DNA of 52,314 nt, counting the filler, from Sphacelaria rigidula (lineage: Eukaryota), in NCBI GenBank assembly GCA_964200075.2. It is 3 parts of 3 records of this genome, joined end to end, with 100 filler letters (N's around TTAATTAATTAA, not from the genome) between each part and the next. Parts side by side here need not be neighbours in the genome. Positions count along the whole stretch, not along the records: positions 34,948 to 52,314 come from CAXNAA020001098.1; 2 more parts are not named here. One strand, written 5' to 3'. Below the pieces are notes generated by a model. That model was not told the DNA's origin. It made no database searches and saw only the letters and a program-made list of their open reading frames with translations. Of this stretch, positions 50,918 to 52,314 are shown in pieces; positions within the stretch are counted from its first letter, which is position 1; the number at the start of each line of letters is the position of its first letter. Both the position numbers and the translations under genes were made by a program.

Positions 50918-51284
50918 TGTGGAGATCGCCATTTAGGCATGTGCGGAGAGATTTCCTTTCATGACGTGTAACCTAGTGAACGGCTGTTACAGGGGTATGG
51001 TCGCAGGAGCCCCGCAACTTGCATATCTGTACAGCCGGATCTGGGACCCCAAGGTAACACGGATCTCCCCAGCTAACTGCTGGCTATCCCTGGGGATCAC
51101 TCTTGACCAAGACTCTCAGACTTCGTCATCGGGCTAACTCGCTCGCGCTCGTCGAGCTTTCTCGAGTGATCTACTTTGCCTCAACCCCACGACTTACGGT
51201 CAATCCTTGACTACATAACCCGAGGGAAATCATCGGCCACCTTCGCCGATCTCTACCGTCACCGGGAGTCCCACGACTTCCACA
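50918..51284 (+). repeat. 3' LTR of element B
   Basis: 367-bp direct repeat of 42834-43200. Confidence 0.96.
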
Positions 51285-51469
51285 TAGGCATCACATATAA
51301 TTATAAAAAATAGTATATACTGCCCCTTGATAAATATTCACATGTATATAATTATATAATATATGAATACATTGCTTACAATATATAATATAGTATATAT
51401 TAAGGAGAAGAAGCATTTGTATAATATAAACCTATAATATAGATCTATATTATATGATATATAATGTAT

Positions 51470-51710
51470 GAAGTATAGGATATGAAATGTAATATATGAA
51501 AAATAATATATGAAATATAGTATATGAAATATAGTATATGACATATTGTAAATGGAATATAGTACATGAAACATAATATATGAAATATAGTATATGAAAT
51601 ATAGTATACGAAATATAGTATATGGAATATAGTATATGAAATATAGTGTATGAAATATAGTGTATGAAATATAGTGTATGAAATATAGTATATGAAATAT
51701 AATGTATGAT
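51470..51710. repeat. AT-rich 14-bp minisatellite (TATATGAAATATAG)n
   Basis: Visible directly, more than a dozen degenerate copies. Confidence 0.9.
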
Positions 51711-52314
51711 TTAATATATATATGAGGATCTCTCTACGGTCTACGCCGGCTGACCGCATCCGCCAACGCTTCGGCAAAAAACCAGGGGACACACGGCTGG
51801 ATGTCCCCCCCCCCCCTTCAAAAACTCGATTTTTCGATCTTGGGGCCTATGTGCCCTGAAGTTGTTTTTCGCTGCCCCCTCGTTAGGTATGCCCAAATAG
51901 CAATGAAGCTCCGAAGCGAAACTTGCGTACTATGAAAAGAAGACGAGAATGCTAAAGAACAACACAGTCGTTGCTGCCTCACCCACATAGACTACACATA
52001 AGAGGAAAACGCGACAGATATCGACAGTAGGTAAAAGGCAACGTGAACAACCGTGTACTATCTACGACGGACTCTAGGGGTACATCACAACGTGCCCGCT
52101 GAAGACTGAGGATACTGAACAATGCACGGAAACGTACAATAGAAAGGGAATGCTGCACGATGTATGCCGTGCATCCGAAGCGTGTTCGTGTTAGTAGGAG
52201 TCGCTCATAGTTGTGTTAACAGCAAATTGTGCGAATTGAGGTTTAACTCTGAGGTGAGGCTCAAGTGGGCAACCCGACTTGCGAAATGTTTGTAGCAGAA
52301 GTACCGAGGATAAG

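Larger units (their letters stand above)
42834..51284 (+). mobile_element. Full-length Ty3/Gypsy LTR retrotransposon B (chromovirus-like), coding-defective
   Basis: Two 367-bp TG..CA LTRs, PBS, PPT, 4-bp TSD TAGG (42830-42833 / 51285-51288); gag then PR-RT-RH-IN-chromo. Confidence 0.96.

Noticed and set aside
51338-51792. Y/I/F/H-rich ORFs
   Set aside because: Translation of the AT minisatellite.

Overview
Eukaryotic, intron-rich genomic DNA. Short exons, ~1 kb introns and the TE content suggest a brown alga or related stramenopile; that is an inference. The window is three pieces joined by artificial 100-bp N/TTAATTAATTAA linkers (17378-17477, 34848-34947). It holds two spliced minus-strand genes that I reconstructed by hand: an 11-exon glutathione reductase (1814-14309, first coding exon not found) and a Dbf4-like DDK regulatory subunit with N, M and zinc-finger motifs (22791-29982). 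There is a mitochondrial rps8 NUMT just upstream of the Dbf4-like gene. Repeats include three copies of a tRNA-Gly-derived SINE, several MITE/foldback elements, two decayed tail-to-tail RTE LINEs and two divergently oriented Ty3/Gypsy retrotransposons. Element B (42834-51284) has intact 367-bp LTRs, PBS, PPT and a 4-bp TSD but a broken gag-pol; element A is internally deleted. The most interesting signals are an integrase tail with a chromodomain plus a second PWWP/Tudor-like domain (element A), a triplicated unit with conserved stems and divergent loops over the pol stop of element B, and a strand-specific pre-miRNA-like hairpin in a GSR intron. All calls come from reading motifs by eye; no database search or folding program was run.
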